Shown here: one piece after another, positions 12,801 through 24,384 of the stretch
How positions within the stretch are numbered: the first letter of the stretch is position 1
Layout: each line of letters begins with the position of its first letter
Origin: Blastocladiella emersonii ATCC 22665
Lineage: Eukaryota; Fungi; Blastocladiomycota
Assembly (NCBI GenBank): GCA_025594325.1
Contig: JANHCV010000012.1
Span: 1,364,001-1,428,000, forward strand
DNA: 64,000 nucleotides
Reading direction: 5' to 3'
The notes under the pieces: generated by a model
What the model was told of the DNA's origin: nothing
The model's input: the letters and a program-made list of their open reading frames with translations, nothing else
Database searches by the model: none
Translations under genes and position numbers: made by a program

Positions 12801-13167
12801 CCTGGTCGCGCTGCTCGCGGTGCATGGCGAGCCACGCCTTGGCGGCGACGGCGCACGCGACGGACGAGGTAGTGCTCGCGGGCGCGACGATCGGGTCGGC
12901 GTTGGCGCCATCCTGGATCGACTTGGCGGCGGCAGCCTTGGCCGTCTCGCACAGGGCGCGCGGGTCGCACGTGTCGGTGGCGCCGAACGAGGTGCTGGCC
13001 GACTCGGAGGTGATGAGGGCGAGCGACGACCCGACACAGTAGTCGGCGGCGCGCGACTTGGCGGCCAGGTCCGTGATGAAGGTGGTCACCTGGCGCGGGG
13101 TCGGGGCCGGCGTCGACAGCGCCGTGGCCAGGTTGGTCGTCTGACCGCCGCTGGACTTGGCGGCCAT
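6859..13167 (-). CDS. Myosin-motor-like chitin synthase (class V/VII type): motor-like domain, cytochrome-b5-like regions, CHS2 catalytic domain, DEK-C tail; 8 introns
   Basis: Catalytic motifs [26 protein letters not shown] and QRRRW are present, with a C-terminal DEK-C ([14 protein letters not shown]). Introns: 12724-12787, 12233-12289, 8936-8996, 8594-8659, 8486-8552, 8110-8173, 7760-7829, 7670-7733. Confidence 0.93.
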
Positions 13168-13720
13168 GGTGACGACGGTGCGTGTGGGTGTGCAAGGAGT
13201 GCGCTCTCGGCGAGTTTCGAGAAGTCTCTATGGTTTTTGAAGTTGCGAGGAGGAGTGCGGTGGCGAGGAGATCAGGAGGGACGCGGACGGAGGGGGGCGG
13301 GCAGGCAACGCCCCGCTCGCGCTCGCGCGCTCGCTCGCATGATATCGAAGTGCATGTTGCGCGCGGCGGGAGACGGCGACGCGCGCGTCGAGGGCACCGA
13401 ACAGGGCAGTGCGGCGGGAGACGCGTTTTGCGAGACGCGTCGGGAATCATGTGAGTTCACGCGGCGGGTGCGGGACATTTGCGCCACAGCGTAAACGTGA
13501 TGGATCCGCCGCCGCCACCGCCACACGCGCCGCCCGCGCGTCGTTCAGTCGCCGTTCGGCTCTCGCCCTCTTTCCCCCGCTCTTTCGACCCTCATCTGCC
13601 TCGGGCAACCCCATGTAACTCGGCCGCCGCTGCCGCCGCCCGCTTCCACGCGACCGACGGGCCCGATCGACCCCTACGCATCGACACCGCCGTGCCCGCT
13701 GTACTACCGCTACTGCAGCC

Positions 13721-16700
13721 ATGGCGAGCATCGTGAGCTTCTTGCAAAATGAGCTGCTCACGCTCTCCAACGAGGCGCGCAAAAAGTATCCCGACATCAA
13801 GGATGTGCGTGCTGCGGTACTCGTTGACCGACAGGGACCGGCCGAACCGCTCACCGCACCCACTACTCGCCCGCCCGCTAGGCGTCCGAGCGCGTCATCA
13901 TGATCCTGAGGCCGCTGAAGGACCGGCCCGTCAACGAGATCTGCGCCGGTGCGTCCATGCGCGACCCGCCCACCGCGATACCCGGCTGACGACCCGCCCG
14001 CTTCGCGCAGAGCTCGCCAAGTCCGACGAGGTGTCGCGGCCCTTCTACCTCGCCTGCGACACCAAGCAGGCCAAGCTCGTCTCCATCGCCGTCGGCGGCC
14101 TGCAGCGCCTCGTCTCGCACCGCGCCATCGCCGACTCGGCGCCCGCCCTGCGCCAGCTCATCCACACCCTCGCCGACGTGACCTCGCTCGGCATGGAGGT
14201 GCAGGTCAAGGCGCTGCAGACGCTGCTGCCGCTCATCACCCAGTTCCAGGCCCTGCACATGGAGCTCGTCGCCGACACCCTCAACATCTGCTTCCGCCTC
14301 GCCGCCGTCAAGGACGGCCTCGTCAGCAACACGGCCGCCGCCACGCTGCGCCAGCTCGTCATCTTCCTCTTCGACAAGGTCCCGCTCGAGGACGGCCTCG
14401 AGGAGTCCATCACCTCGGACCTCGGCCGCGTCAAGCTCGCGCCCTCGTCCATTGACTCGCTGCGCCCGTGCGCGCGCGACGCCTACCTCGTCTTCGTCGA
14501 CCTGTGCAGCCTCGCCAGCGGCACGGACGCCACCACCTTCCTCGCCGTGCAGTCGCTGCCGCGCGCCTTTGCCCTCGAGCTCCTCGAGAGCGTGCTCGCC
14601 AACCACGCCGCCGTCTTCGAGCGGCACATCGAGTTCAGCCACGTCCTGTCGCAGTCCGTGTGCCCCATGGTCATCAAGACCTACCCGGAGCGCCACGACT
14701 ACTCGCAGTCGGTCCGCCTCATGCGCGTCGTGCACCTGCTCGTCCACAAGTTTGCCTCGATCCTCGTCATGGAGTGCGAGGTGTTCCTCTCGCTGCTCCT
14801 GAAATCGCTCGACAACGACCACGGCTGGCCGTGCGCCCTCGCCCTCGAGGCCCTCGTCTCGCTGTGCGCCCAGCCGCGGCTCCTGTACAACGTCTTCTGC
14901 GTCTACGACCAGCAGAAGCAGTCGACCAACATCTTCCGCGACCTGCTGACCGGCCTGCACAAGCTCATCACGAGCGACACCCAGGGCAACCTACTCGCTG
15001 CGGCCCCCGCCCGCGTCCAGTGCATCGACCAGCTCGACAAGTCGGACCCGCCGTCCGTCTCCGAGGACTACGAGGTGTACCTCGCCGTGCAGTGCGTGTA
15101 CGGCGTCGTGACCTCGCTCGAGGCCGTGCTGGGCGAGCCGGACGCGGTCGCCATGGTCGAGACCGCGTGGTCGGCCCTGCTCGCGTCGCTGTCGCACCTG
15201 CTCAAGTACACGGCCGACGTGGTGCCGTACGTGCAGATCATGGCCGTCGTGTGCGGGCGCGCCGGGCTCACGGCGCCGCGCGACGCCTTCCTCACCCTGC
15301 TCTCACGCCAGGTCACGGCCAACGCCGAGCACGCGCCCGCGTGCCTCCACGCCGTCCTTGGAGTCGCCCAGGAGCTCATGGACTCGCTCGACGGCGGCGC
15401 GTGGTTCCTCGTCTTCGAGATCGCGTGCTACTGGGAGCGGTTCCGCGCCAGCGGCAAGGCCGGCAGCGCCGCGAGCAGTAACGCTACGCTGCCGTCCCCG
15501 CCGCGGAGGTTGCTCACGCCGACCTCGCCGACGGGCGTCGCAAACGGCGCATCGGCCGCCGGCGTGGAACCCGCACCGACCGACCCCGACGGCCAGCTCC
15601 GCCACCTGCTCTCGGCCACGCGCGAGCTGCCCGACGACGCCCTCGTGCCCATCTTCAACGCCATGTGCCAGTTCAACTCGATCCCGACCATGGTACGCGC
15701 GCGCGCACTTTTTCGTATCGATGCGTACTTTCGAGACCAAACTGACGATCGAACCGCAAACCCGCGTAGGCGTTCGCAGTCGACAAGCTGCGCCAGCTCG
15801 TGATCATCCACCTGCACCGGCTGCTGTCGACGCTGCCCGAGGTGTGGGTCCTGGTGATCCAGCACTTTGTGTTCATTGCCAGCAACACGCAGAACATTGA
15901 GCTGCAGCTGCAGGCGTGCGAGACCATCTGCCACGTCGCGACGCAGGGGATCCACCTCAGCCAAGCCAAGGTGCTCGCGCCGCTCAAGGAGCTGGCGGCG
16001 CTGACGGGCGACGTGCCCAAGCGCGCGCTGCAGACGCTGCACAGCCTCCTGCAGGTGCACGGGCAGTCCATCTCCGAGTGGCCGCTCGTCTACGCGATCC
16101 TGCAGAGCAGCGTCGCCGAGGACGCGCTCGTCCGCATCGCGTTCCCGTCGCTCGAGCTGCTGTGCGCCGACTACCTCCCGACCAACCCCGCCGAGCTCGA
16201 CCAGTGCATCGCCACGCTGCGCATCTACGCCCTGCAGAGCGCCGACGTCAACATCTCGCTGACGTGCATCCGCCTGCTGTGGACCATTGCCGACTCGGCC
16301 CACGCCCGCAAGACCCACTGGCTCGCCGTGCTCCAGCAGCTGACGCTCATCTGCAAGGACCGCCGCCCGCAGGTCCGGAACGGGTGCGTCACGTCGCTGT
16401 TCCGCGCCGTGGCGAGCGCCGGGACCCGGCTGCACCCTGAGCAGTGGGACACGTGCATCTGCGACATTGTGCTGCCGCTGCTCGACGCCACGCTGCACTG
16501 CAACACGGCGGCGCCCGCGCCCGCGGCCAGCAGCGCCGGGCTCGTCATGCACCACTCGCGCGACACGGCCGAGAAGCAGTGGGACGAGACCCGCGTGCTC
16601 GCGATCCAGGGGCTCGGCGCGCTGTTCGCCACCGACGCGTTCCGCGCCCCGCTCGCCCGCCACGTCGGCCCCGTCCTCGCCATGGCCGCGCGGTACGTGC

Positions 16701-18097
16701 TCGAGGCGTCGCTCGAGGTGCGCGTCGCCACGGCCAAGGTCCTCGGCGCGTTCGCCGCGGAACCCGCGCTCGAGCCGGCCATCCGCGCTGAGCTGTACGC
16801 GTGCTGGAGCCGCATCGTCGTCGGCCTCGAGGAGTACTCGGGCACGCTCGATCGCTCCGCGCCGCTCCCGCCACGCACCCTGTCGCACGACTTTGTCCAC
16901 CTGCTCGTATTGTTCCTCCGCTCGCTCCTGGCCGCCGAGGACTCGGTCGCGGCCCTCGCCCCCGTCGCCGAGCTGCTCGACCGCCTCGAGGCCGTGCTGC
17001 GGCTCCTCCGCGCAGTTCCCGACCACTCAAACGACACCGAGCACCTCGGCGCCGTGCAGTCCGACGTCGTCGACGTGGCGATGTCGCTCCGCGAGCCCGC
17101 GAGCGCAGTAAGCGGCGGCGGCGGCGGTGACCCGGTGCACCTCCGTATCCAGTTCCTCGCGCGCGCCGCGTCGCTCCCGCTGCAGGCGCCCACCCTCGCG
17201 CCGGGCAACCGGCACCCGACGTACCTCGCGCTCGCGCGGACCGCCATGTCACGCGCGGTCGACGCGACCAAGAGCAGCGGCGCGTCAGGGTTCAGCGCTG
17301 CCGCGACGGCCGCGCTCGCCACGTCGCTCGCCGCGTTTTTGACTATCGCGCACCCGCTCCACGAGCCCGCCGTCGACGCCGTCCTCGCGCTGGTCGCGTA
17401 CCTGTGCCCCGCGCCGGGATCCCTAGAACCCGCCGTTGCGGACGAGGCGACCCTGCACCTGCTCGTCGCGGCCGTCGTCGACGCGTACCTCCGCTCGCGC
17501 CCGAACGCGCACGACGCGAGCGAGGCCAAGGACGCGGCGGCGCTCGCGGCGCTGATGGCGAGTCTACCGCACCACCTCGCCGACGCGGATCTCACGGTCC
17601 TCGTGCACGCGGTCGACGCGGCGGCGCGGTTCACGTCCGTCTCGGCGCTCGACGCGGCCGTGGCGAGCGCCATGACCATGACGGACGCCGAGCCCGAAAC
17701 GCCCACGACGGCGGCCGAGCGGACCCACGTCCGCGAGTCGTTTGCCGCGGCCGCGCTCACGGCGCAGTTCGACCTCGCGCGCCGGTTCCCCGCGAGCTCG
17801 GCGCTCCCGGTCCTGCTCGCAAGGGTCCGCGGCGTGCTCTCGGCGTACGTGGCCGACACGGAGCGCACGGGTGGGTCCGTTCCGCTCCCGCGGCTGCGCG
17901 ACGCCGAGGTCGAGCTCGTCCTCGCGCAGCTCGCCGAACTCGAGATCAACACGGCCGCGGGCGTCCCGCACCTCGTCGCGCTGTACCCGGTCCTCGTCGA
18001 CACGGTGCCCGCCCTCCGGCACCACCCCGCGGCGCTCGGCAAGCTGTGCATGTGCTTGCGACGCGCCGGAGCTGCGTTTGGCGCTGGGCCAAATTGA
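13721..18097 (+). CDS. MON2: Mon2 (Sec7-family DCB/HUS scaffold, Golgi-endosome trafficking); introns 13805-13881, 13949-14010, 15693-15769
   Basis: FLQNELLTLSNEARKKYPDIKD|ASER, PFYLACDTKQAKLVSIAVGGLQRL, NTAAATLRQL, FALELLESVL, RVQCIDQLDKSDPP, DVNISLT, DRRPQVRNG, EKQWDET. Confidence 0.92.
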
Positions 18098-18130
18098 AGA
18101 CACGTCTGGACACTATACTGGAATTCTTTT

Positions 18131-18673
18131 TTGAGCTGTCAACCCGCAGTGCACGTTCATGCGAGGCTCCATCACGTCAATGCATTTCCACAGCGTAACC
18201 TCAGCATTGACGCCAAGAACGGAAACCTTGACCTGATCCGCTGGTGGTACGCTCGTTATCCGAGCGCGGTGCGCTACTCGCTGCTCGCGCTTGACTGGGC
18301 CAGCGCGGGCGGGCACGCCGATCTCGTCCAGTGGTGGCTTCTCTCGGGGCCAGAGCCCCACTATTCGTACGCGGCCATCGAGCATGCCTGCGCCAAAGGG
18401 CACGTCGCCGTGGTCAAGGTGTGGCTTTCGTCGCGGCACGCGTCCAGGTACTCGGCCGCCGCCTTTCTGACCACGGCCATGAACAAGGCTGTGATGGTCG
18501 AGATGCTCGAGTGTTGGCGTCGCTCCCGGCGGCCGGTGTACTCCACGCCACGCGCGCTCGAATCAGCGCGTGAGAATCGCGCGCACGACGTCGTCGAGTG
18601 GTGGACGGCGCTGCAGCTGCCCGACACGCTGCCGCCTGGGGATCGCGTTGCGCTGTGCTTGCTTGATCGCTGA
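18131..18673 (+). pseudogene. Ankyrin-repeat gene remnant, apparently 5'-truncated
   Basis: Repeats AKNGNLDLIRWW, ASAGGHADLVQWW, ACAKGHVAVVKVW and ARENRAHDVVEWW. There is no in-frame ATG before the repeats, and the frame opens only about 34 nt after the MON2 stop. Confidence 0.6.
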
Positions 18674-18800
18674 TATGATCCCGTCGCCTTGTAACATGCT
18701 ATCAATCAAACTGCACAACACGCTCCGGCCTGGGGATCGCGTTGGGCTGTGCTTGTGTGATCGCTGCGATGATGTCGTCGCCCTGCAACGTGTAATACAG
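18617..18800 (+). repeat. Imperfect ~94-bp tandem duplication covering the 3' end of the ankyrin ORF
   Basis: ctgcccgacacgctgccgcctggggatcgcgttgcgctgtgcttgcttgatcgctg (from 18617) recurs as ctgcacaacacgctccggcctggggatcgcgttgggctgtgcttgtgtgatcgctg (from 18711). Similarity continues through cgtcgcc.tg.aac.tg. Confidence 0.85.
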
Positions 18801-19244
18801 TGAAACTTTCGCTTGTAAGTTCCGATGCAGAGACAACATCGTCTTCAATCACCTTTATGCTGAAAGACGCGTTTTTTCGCACTGTCGTGGGAGCTGATCA
18901 CAGGCTGTGCGGAGTCCGTCCAAGGTTTGTCCCCATCACACAGGCGCGGCCCGCGTCACCTCGACGGTGAGCCGTAGCTGAGGTTTTCGTCAGCTGTACA
19001 GAGACACCGTTCAACTGCCCCAAGAGTCCTCATGACGCGCATTCGGTTGAAAGGGAACGGGCGAAGCCACCCACCTGAAACGCGACGCGATGCGCCACGT
19101 GAGGCTTGATCACGCGTTTTGTGCTCGTGGATTCCGCATGCAAGCACTCAATCTCGAGTCTCCCGTGCAGCAACGGTCGAGACAGAGAAGCCGCCCGAGC
19201 AACCTCGACACTCTCTTTCGCCAAATTTTGTGAAACCCGCTGCA

Positions 19245-20745
19245 ATGAGCCAATCCTCGATGAAGAGGACGTTAGGCCTCGCCAGGTTTCTGCCCCCGGG
19301 CATCGAATGTTCAGTTTTGACCACTTGCAAGTACGGTGTGTCTGTCCGTCACTCGCCTCATCGTCCAACGACGGCGAAGCTGAAGTCGTCGAAACGCATG
19401 CTGACCCCCGGATCGCGTGTAGAAAACCTGCTTTCGAGCTCAATGCGGACTACAACCTCTCGATTCCGGCGATTCTTTGGGACACGGATCCAAGCTCGCT
19501 TCTCGTCTTTGACCCGGCACCGAAGCACTTTCCGGGCGACCGGATCAAGCCTGCGGCCGATATCCGGTTCTCGAACATGGAGCACCTGCTCTCGACCAAG
19601 GACCGCGCTGATGCCATGGACGCCTCGCTCGTGCCTGTACGCTGTCTCAGTGCACATGCACTCGTTGCTCTGAACACTAACTAGTAGTACTGTGTAGTTC
19701 TTCCGCGACGGCACCAAGGAGGTCGCGTTCTTGTTCCTGAGTGGATGTCGAATGCTCGCCAGGTACGGGGCGTCAAACGATCCGCTCGGTTCTACACTGA
19801 CCCTGACCATGCACTAACGGCGGCCGCGGCGGCAAGTTCAACACGCCCCTGCTCACGGCTCGCAGCGAGATGGACGCGGCCGGCAACGCGGTCGCCACCT
19901 CGATCTTCCTCGACTGCCTCTGGCGCCAGATCGAGGAGTTCCTGTCGTCGGAGGCGGGCGATGGACCTGTTCCTGTCGCCCACGTTCGCGCCGGGTGGGT
20001 CAAGGTCAGCTACTACGACCCCACGAAGCCGACCATCATCCCGCTCTCGTCGGTCGCTGACGACACCGTTGGTCGCAACTGCGTCGCTCCGTTTCAACGC
20101 GGACCGGCGAAGCTCATCATCATGGACGATCTGTCGCACATCAAGTGGCCCGAGTGCAAGTCCAAGGCCGACCTCGAGCCCGTCATCTCGCACTTTGACG
20201 CCGCCGCGTCCAGGTGCCTCGTACAGGCCCACCGTTGCTACGGTACCGCCGACTGGCATCTGGCCACCGAGGTGGTCCTGTCGACGCAGGCCGAGGGCGC
20301 TCGCGCTCGCCATTTTCGCGTCACGATCGTGCCGGAGCCCCAGGACCACCAGCTGCTGCAGCTTGAGGCCGTGCCCAAGAAGCGCGAGCTCGCGGCGCGG
20401 ATCCTCGAGCAGTGCGTCGCGGCTAGCGTGGCCACTTGGCTTTCCGGGTTGTGACATGGCGACGGCGACGACGCCGTAGACTACGTGTCGTGTAAGTTCG
20501 TGCACGTCATCGAGGCAACCGACGCGGTGGCAGCCGCCTGCTTGCTCGCGCACGGCGAGGCCATGGACGCGGCCCTCACCAAGGCGTGCATCGGCCAGGA
20601 TCAGCACATCCAGGGCCAGGGTTAGGACGGGCGCGGGCCCGCCGACACGGACAGGAACGCCCGCTGGGAGGTGATGACGTTCTACATGCAGCTCGAGCGG
20701 ATGCTTGAGCACGCCCTGCGCAACCTGATTAAGTACGAGACGTAG
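19245..20745 (+). pseudogene. Spliced orphan gene with two in-frame stops (TGA 20452-20454, TAG 20623-20625); probable pseudogene
   Basis: Introns 19331-19422, 19637-19697 and 19763-19865 (GTACG donors) join exons in frame. After both stops, GC3-rich codons continue in the same frame (HGDGDDAVDYVSCKF...; DGRGPADTDRNARWEVMTFYMQLERMLEHALRNLIKYET*). Confidence 0.6.
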
Positions 20746-20911
20746 CGGGTCTCTCGCATTGCGAGCCGCGGTCTCCTCCTTCATCGTTGTCGTGTTTTTC
20801 TCGGCTGCTCCCCTCTTCCTCTGCTCTTGATACACGTCGGCGTGCGTTCGGGTTCCAAAAGCTTGCGCAGTGTATCGCTGTACAGAGAAAAGCGACGCGT
20901 CGAGTCGCGCG

Positions 20912-21724
20912 TTACATGCGTGCGGCCCGCCACGGGCCGCTACTCCACGCGTCGGCTCCCGATCCGTTCCTGGTTGGTGGCGGGACGGGCGGCATCGGGA
21001 TGGCCATGGCCGGGACGCGCGACGAGGTGAGGAGGCGCGGCGGCGCAGCACGCGCCGCATCGGTGACGAGGAGGTCGACGGACGCGAAGCCCATGAAGGC
21101 GAGGCGGCCACTGCCCTGCAGGGTCCCGTGCGCCTCGAGGATGGCAACCGAGGTCGGTGGTGGCGGCGAGTCGGGCCGGTACGTCGGCCACGCGGTCGCG
21201 TGCGCGTGTGCGGCGGGGAGTTGCGGGTAGCCGCCGCCTACATGATCAAGGGTCAGCCGAGAGTCGTATTGGAGCGCTTTGATGAAAGCGACGAACCTTG
21301 CTTGAGCCCGCCGGCGGCCTCGAGCGGCCGGTCCGTGTCGAGGAGCGGGAGGAGCGCCGTGACCACGTCCGTGACGGCCGCGGCGATCTGCGGCAGTGGA
21401 GACCCGTCGGGAGTCTACTTCCATGATGGGATCAGCATCGGAAACGTAAAAGTTGGTCGAGGATTCGCACAAACGGACCAGCTGCGTCGCGGCGAGCGGC
21501 ATGCGCGCAACGAGGTAGCGGCGGGCCGGGTCGAGCTGGGTGACGACGAGCGACAGGTGCAGGTGGCGGGCAACCATGCGCTCGAGAAGCAGCTGCAGGA
21601 CGGCGTTGATCATGCCGACGGGCGGCGCAGCTCGCCGCTGCTGCGGCCCTGGTCCTCCCGCTGGAAGAACGGGCGCTGTGGCGGCCAGGGCGTTGACGTG
21701 TGGAGGTGCATGGAGTTGATGCAT
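20912..21724 (-). CDS. Hypothetical protein; introns 21415-21478 and 21238-21296; start uncertain (21724 or 21613)
   Basis: Two typical introns (GTCCGT..GCTGAT..TAG; GTTCGT..GCTGAC..TAG) give MINAVLQLLLERMVARHLHLSLVV...ATQL|TPDGSPLPQIAAAVTDVVTALLPLLD...|GGGYPQL. I recognise no family. Confidence 0.6.
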   Translation of the reverse strand: MHQLHAPPHVNALAATAPVLPAGGPGPQQRRAAPPVGMINAVLQLLLERMVARHLHLSLVVTQLDPARRYLVARMPLAATQLVRLCESSTNFYVSDADPIMEVDSRRVSTAADRRGRHGRGHGAPPAPRHGPAARGRRRAQARFVAFIKALQYDSRLTLDHVGGGYPQLPAAHAHATAWPTYRPDSPPPPTSVAILEAHGTLQGSGRLAFMGFASVDLLVTDAARAAPPRLLTSSRVPAMAIPMPPVPPPTRNGSGADAWSSGPWRAARM

Positions 21725-22041
21725 GGTTTTTATCGTTCAGGGATACATGGAGCCAAGGGCGGGGATGGACGGGAGAGAAGAAGGCGGAGGTGGCGAAGTT
21801 GGAACGAGCGACTGGCCGCTCGCCATGAATTCCGCGGGCCGCCCGAGTGACGTCACCTTGTCACGCGGCGCGTTCCGTCTCTCGGCGCGAGACGCGTCGC
21901 GCCGCAAACGCGTCGGTCGCGCGGATTCTCGGCGCCCAGCGCACTCGCCTCCTTGCCCGCAAAGCCGATCCGCACGGAGATCGTGCCTCCATGAATCACG
22001 CACTCGACGCACTGCACTGAACACCCGACCGACGACCGACG

Positions 22042-23932
22042 ATGCCCGTTCCCGTCGCGCCGACCTCCGTCGCCGGCATCGGCGGCAGCGACGCCCCGCC
22101 CACTGCGCCGGTGCTCAGCGAAAAGTGGGCGGCGTGGGACCAGACCATCACGCAGCGCGCGCTGGTGCCGCTGGCGGCCGCCGCGACCGACCTGGCCGAC
22201 TTTGCCGCGCGCCAGCAGACGCTCGTGCTCGAGGCGCGGTCCATGGACGAGCTGCTCAAGCTGCACGCGCAGGCCGAGGCGTGCGCGGCCCAGGCCCTCG
22301 CCAAGGTCTCCGACTACCTGTCGCGCGCGAGCGCCGGGCTTGACGAGACCGTCGGCCACTGCGGGACCGAGCTGACGGTGCACACGGCCAAGCTCGACGC
22401 CATTTCCGAGGTGCGACCAACTACTCAACTTTGAAGTTCCCGTACTCACACCTAGTCATGATTATAGCGCTTCGAGGAGCTATTTGGCGCCTCGATCCGC
22501 CGCGACACGCTGCCGCTGCGCCCTGAGCAGCCCGAGCTGTCGCTCGAGGCCGAGAAGCCCTTCATCACCTTTCACGGCACTCGTGCGCACGCCGGCGTCT
22601 CTACGGGCCGCTCCGGGTCGTACCTGTCCATGACGTCGACCGGTTTCCCGCCGCCCTCGCCGCTGTCTCCGCTGAAGCCCGGGTCGGCGACCATGTCGGG
22701 CAACCCGTTCGGCACCGCCTCGAGCGCTACGAGCACCGGCACCGCGTCCATGAGCAACGTGCCGCCCAAGCTCGACCTGTCGGTCCTCGACGCCGTCGGC
22801 ACGCCGCTCCCGCCGCTCGCGTCGCTGCAGGTGTCGTCGGACAAGAAGCTCGGCGACGGCGCCGCGCTGCTCGGCGGCGTCCAGGCCAAGTTCGAGCTCA
22901 CGTCGCTCGGCGGCACCATTGCCCGGCGCGGCGGCGGCGGTGACCGCGCGTCGCTGCACGACAATGAGGGCATGGCGCCGCTCGACCGCGCCCAGTCCAC
23001 GTCCATTGACAACCTGCCGCCGCCCCCGCCGCCGCCGCTTCCGCCCGGGTCCGACGTCGAGACAGCGAGCGTGCGGTCGGCCTTCAGCGCTGCGTCGGCT
23101 AGCACCCTGTCGTCGCCCCCACCGCCCCCGCCAGGCGCAGTAAGCCAGCAACCGTCCGTCGCCTCGCTTCCCCCGCCGCCTCCGCCGCCCGCTCCAGCGG
23201 CGCCCGTCGCTCAAGCGGCCCTCCCGCCTCCACCTCCCCCTCCGGCTGCTGCACCTGCACCCGCCGCGTTCAACGCGGTCCCTCCGCCGCCGCCTCCGCC
23301 CCAGCACCAACAGCAGCAGCAGCAGCAGCAGCAGCCGGCGCTCCCCTCACCACCCCCGCCTCCGCCCGCGACCCACGCCGGGTACGCGAACCTGGTCGCT
23401 CCCGCCATGGGCTACCCACAGGCGCGCGTCACGACGCCTGAGCCGGGCACGGGGAGCGTGCGGTCCATGTACCCGCAGCCCCCGCCGCCGCCGCCGCCCG
23501 CCCCGGCCGCGTCCATGGGGTACCCGACCCAGCAGCAGCAGCAGTACCCGGGCGGCAACGGCGGCACGTTCACGGGCATGGGCTCGGTGCGCGGGGCATA
23601 CCCAGTCCCGCCGCCGCCCGCGCCGGTCCCGCAGCAGCAGCAGCAGCCGCAGTACTCGATGGCGGCGGTGCACGGCGGGTCGGTCCGTGGGATGTCGCCG
23701 GTCCCGCCTCCGCCGCAGCAGCAGTACGGCGGGTATCTGCAGCAGCAGCAGCAGCAGCAGGCGGGCTACATCCCGTACGGCGGCGCGCAGCAGGTGCAGC
23801 CGCCGGGCGGTGGGTACGGCGGGTCGGTCCGTGGCGTCAGCCCGCAGCAGCAGTACGGCGGGACCATGAACCAGGCGCAGCAGCAGCAGTTCATGTACCA
23901 ACAGCAACAGCAGCAACAGCAGCAGTACATGT

Positions 23933-24005
<73 letters not shown>

Positions 24006-24384
24006 CCAGGCGGGCGGGTACGGGTACCAAGGCCAGGCGCCGCCGCCGCAGCAACAACAGCAGTACTACCAGCAGCAGACGCAGCAGCAGTACTCGCCCG
24101 GGTACGGCGGCGGCCACCCTCAGCAGCAGCCGCAGCAGTACGCGGCTCCAGCGCCGACAGGGCACGGTGCGGGCGGGGCGGTGCCGACGATCCCGCCGCC
24201 GCGCAACCCGATGGCGCGCGTCATGTTCCCGTACGCGGCGGTCGAGGCGGACGAGATCGACTTGGTGGCGGGCGAGGTGATCGAGATCCTGACGCTGGAC
24301 GCGGGCGCCGGGTGGACGCGCGGCATCACGCCCGACCGCCGCCGGTGCGGCATGTTCCCGCGGACGTATATCCAGCTGCTGTGA
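22042..24384 (+). CDS. Abi (Abl-interactor)-like SH3 adaptor with polyproline and polyglutamine tracts; intron 22411-22467
   Basis: C-terminal SH3 (ARVMFPYAAVEADEIDLVAGEVIEIL...GWTRG...GMFPRTYI) and many polyPro runs. The helical N-terminus (AQALAKVSDYL...) and KLDLSVLDAVG recall the Abi N-terminal and HHR motifs. Confidence 0.7.
23935..24003 (+). repeat. Pure (CAG)23 tract encoding polyglutamine
   Basis: 23 uninterrupted CAG codons counted; the neighbouring Gln runs are interrupted by CAA. Confidence 0.95.

Noticed and set aside
19698-19865. Frameshift in the third exon of the 19245 gene
   Set aside because: Using the CAG acceptor at 19865 rather than AAG at 19836 keeps the frame, so no frameshift is needed.
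20452-20700. Selenocysteine recoding of the in-frame TGA
   Set aside because: The downstream ATGAC lacks the apical AA and helix geometry of a SECIS. A second in-frame TAG is also followed by coding-like sequence, and there is no redox motif.
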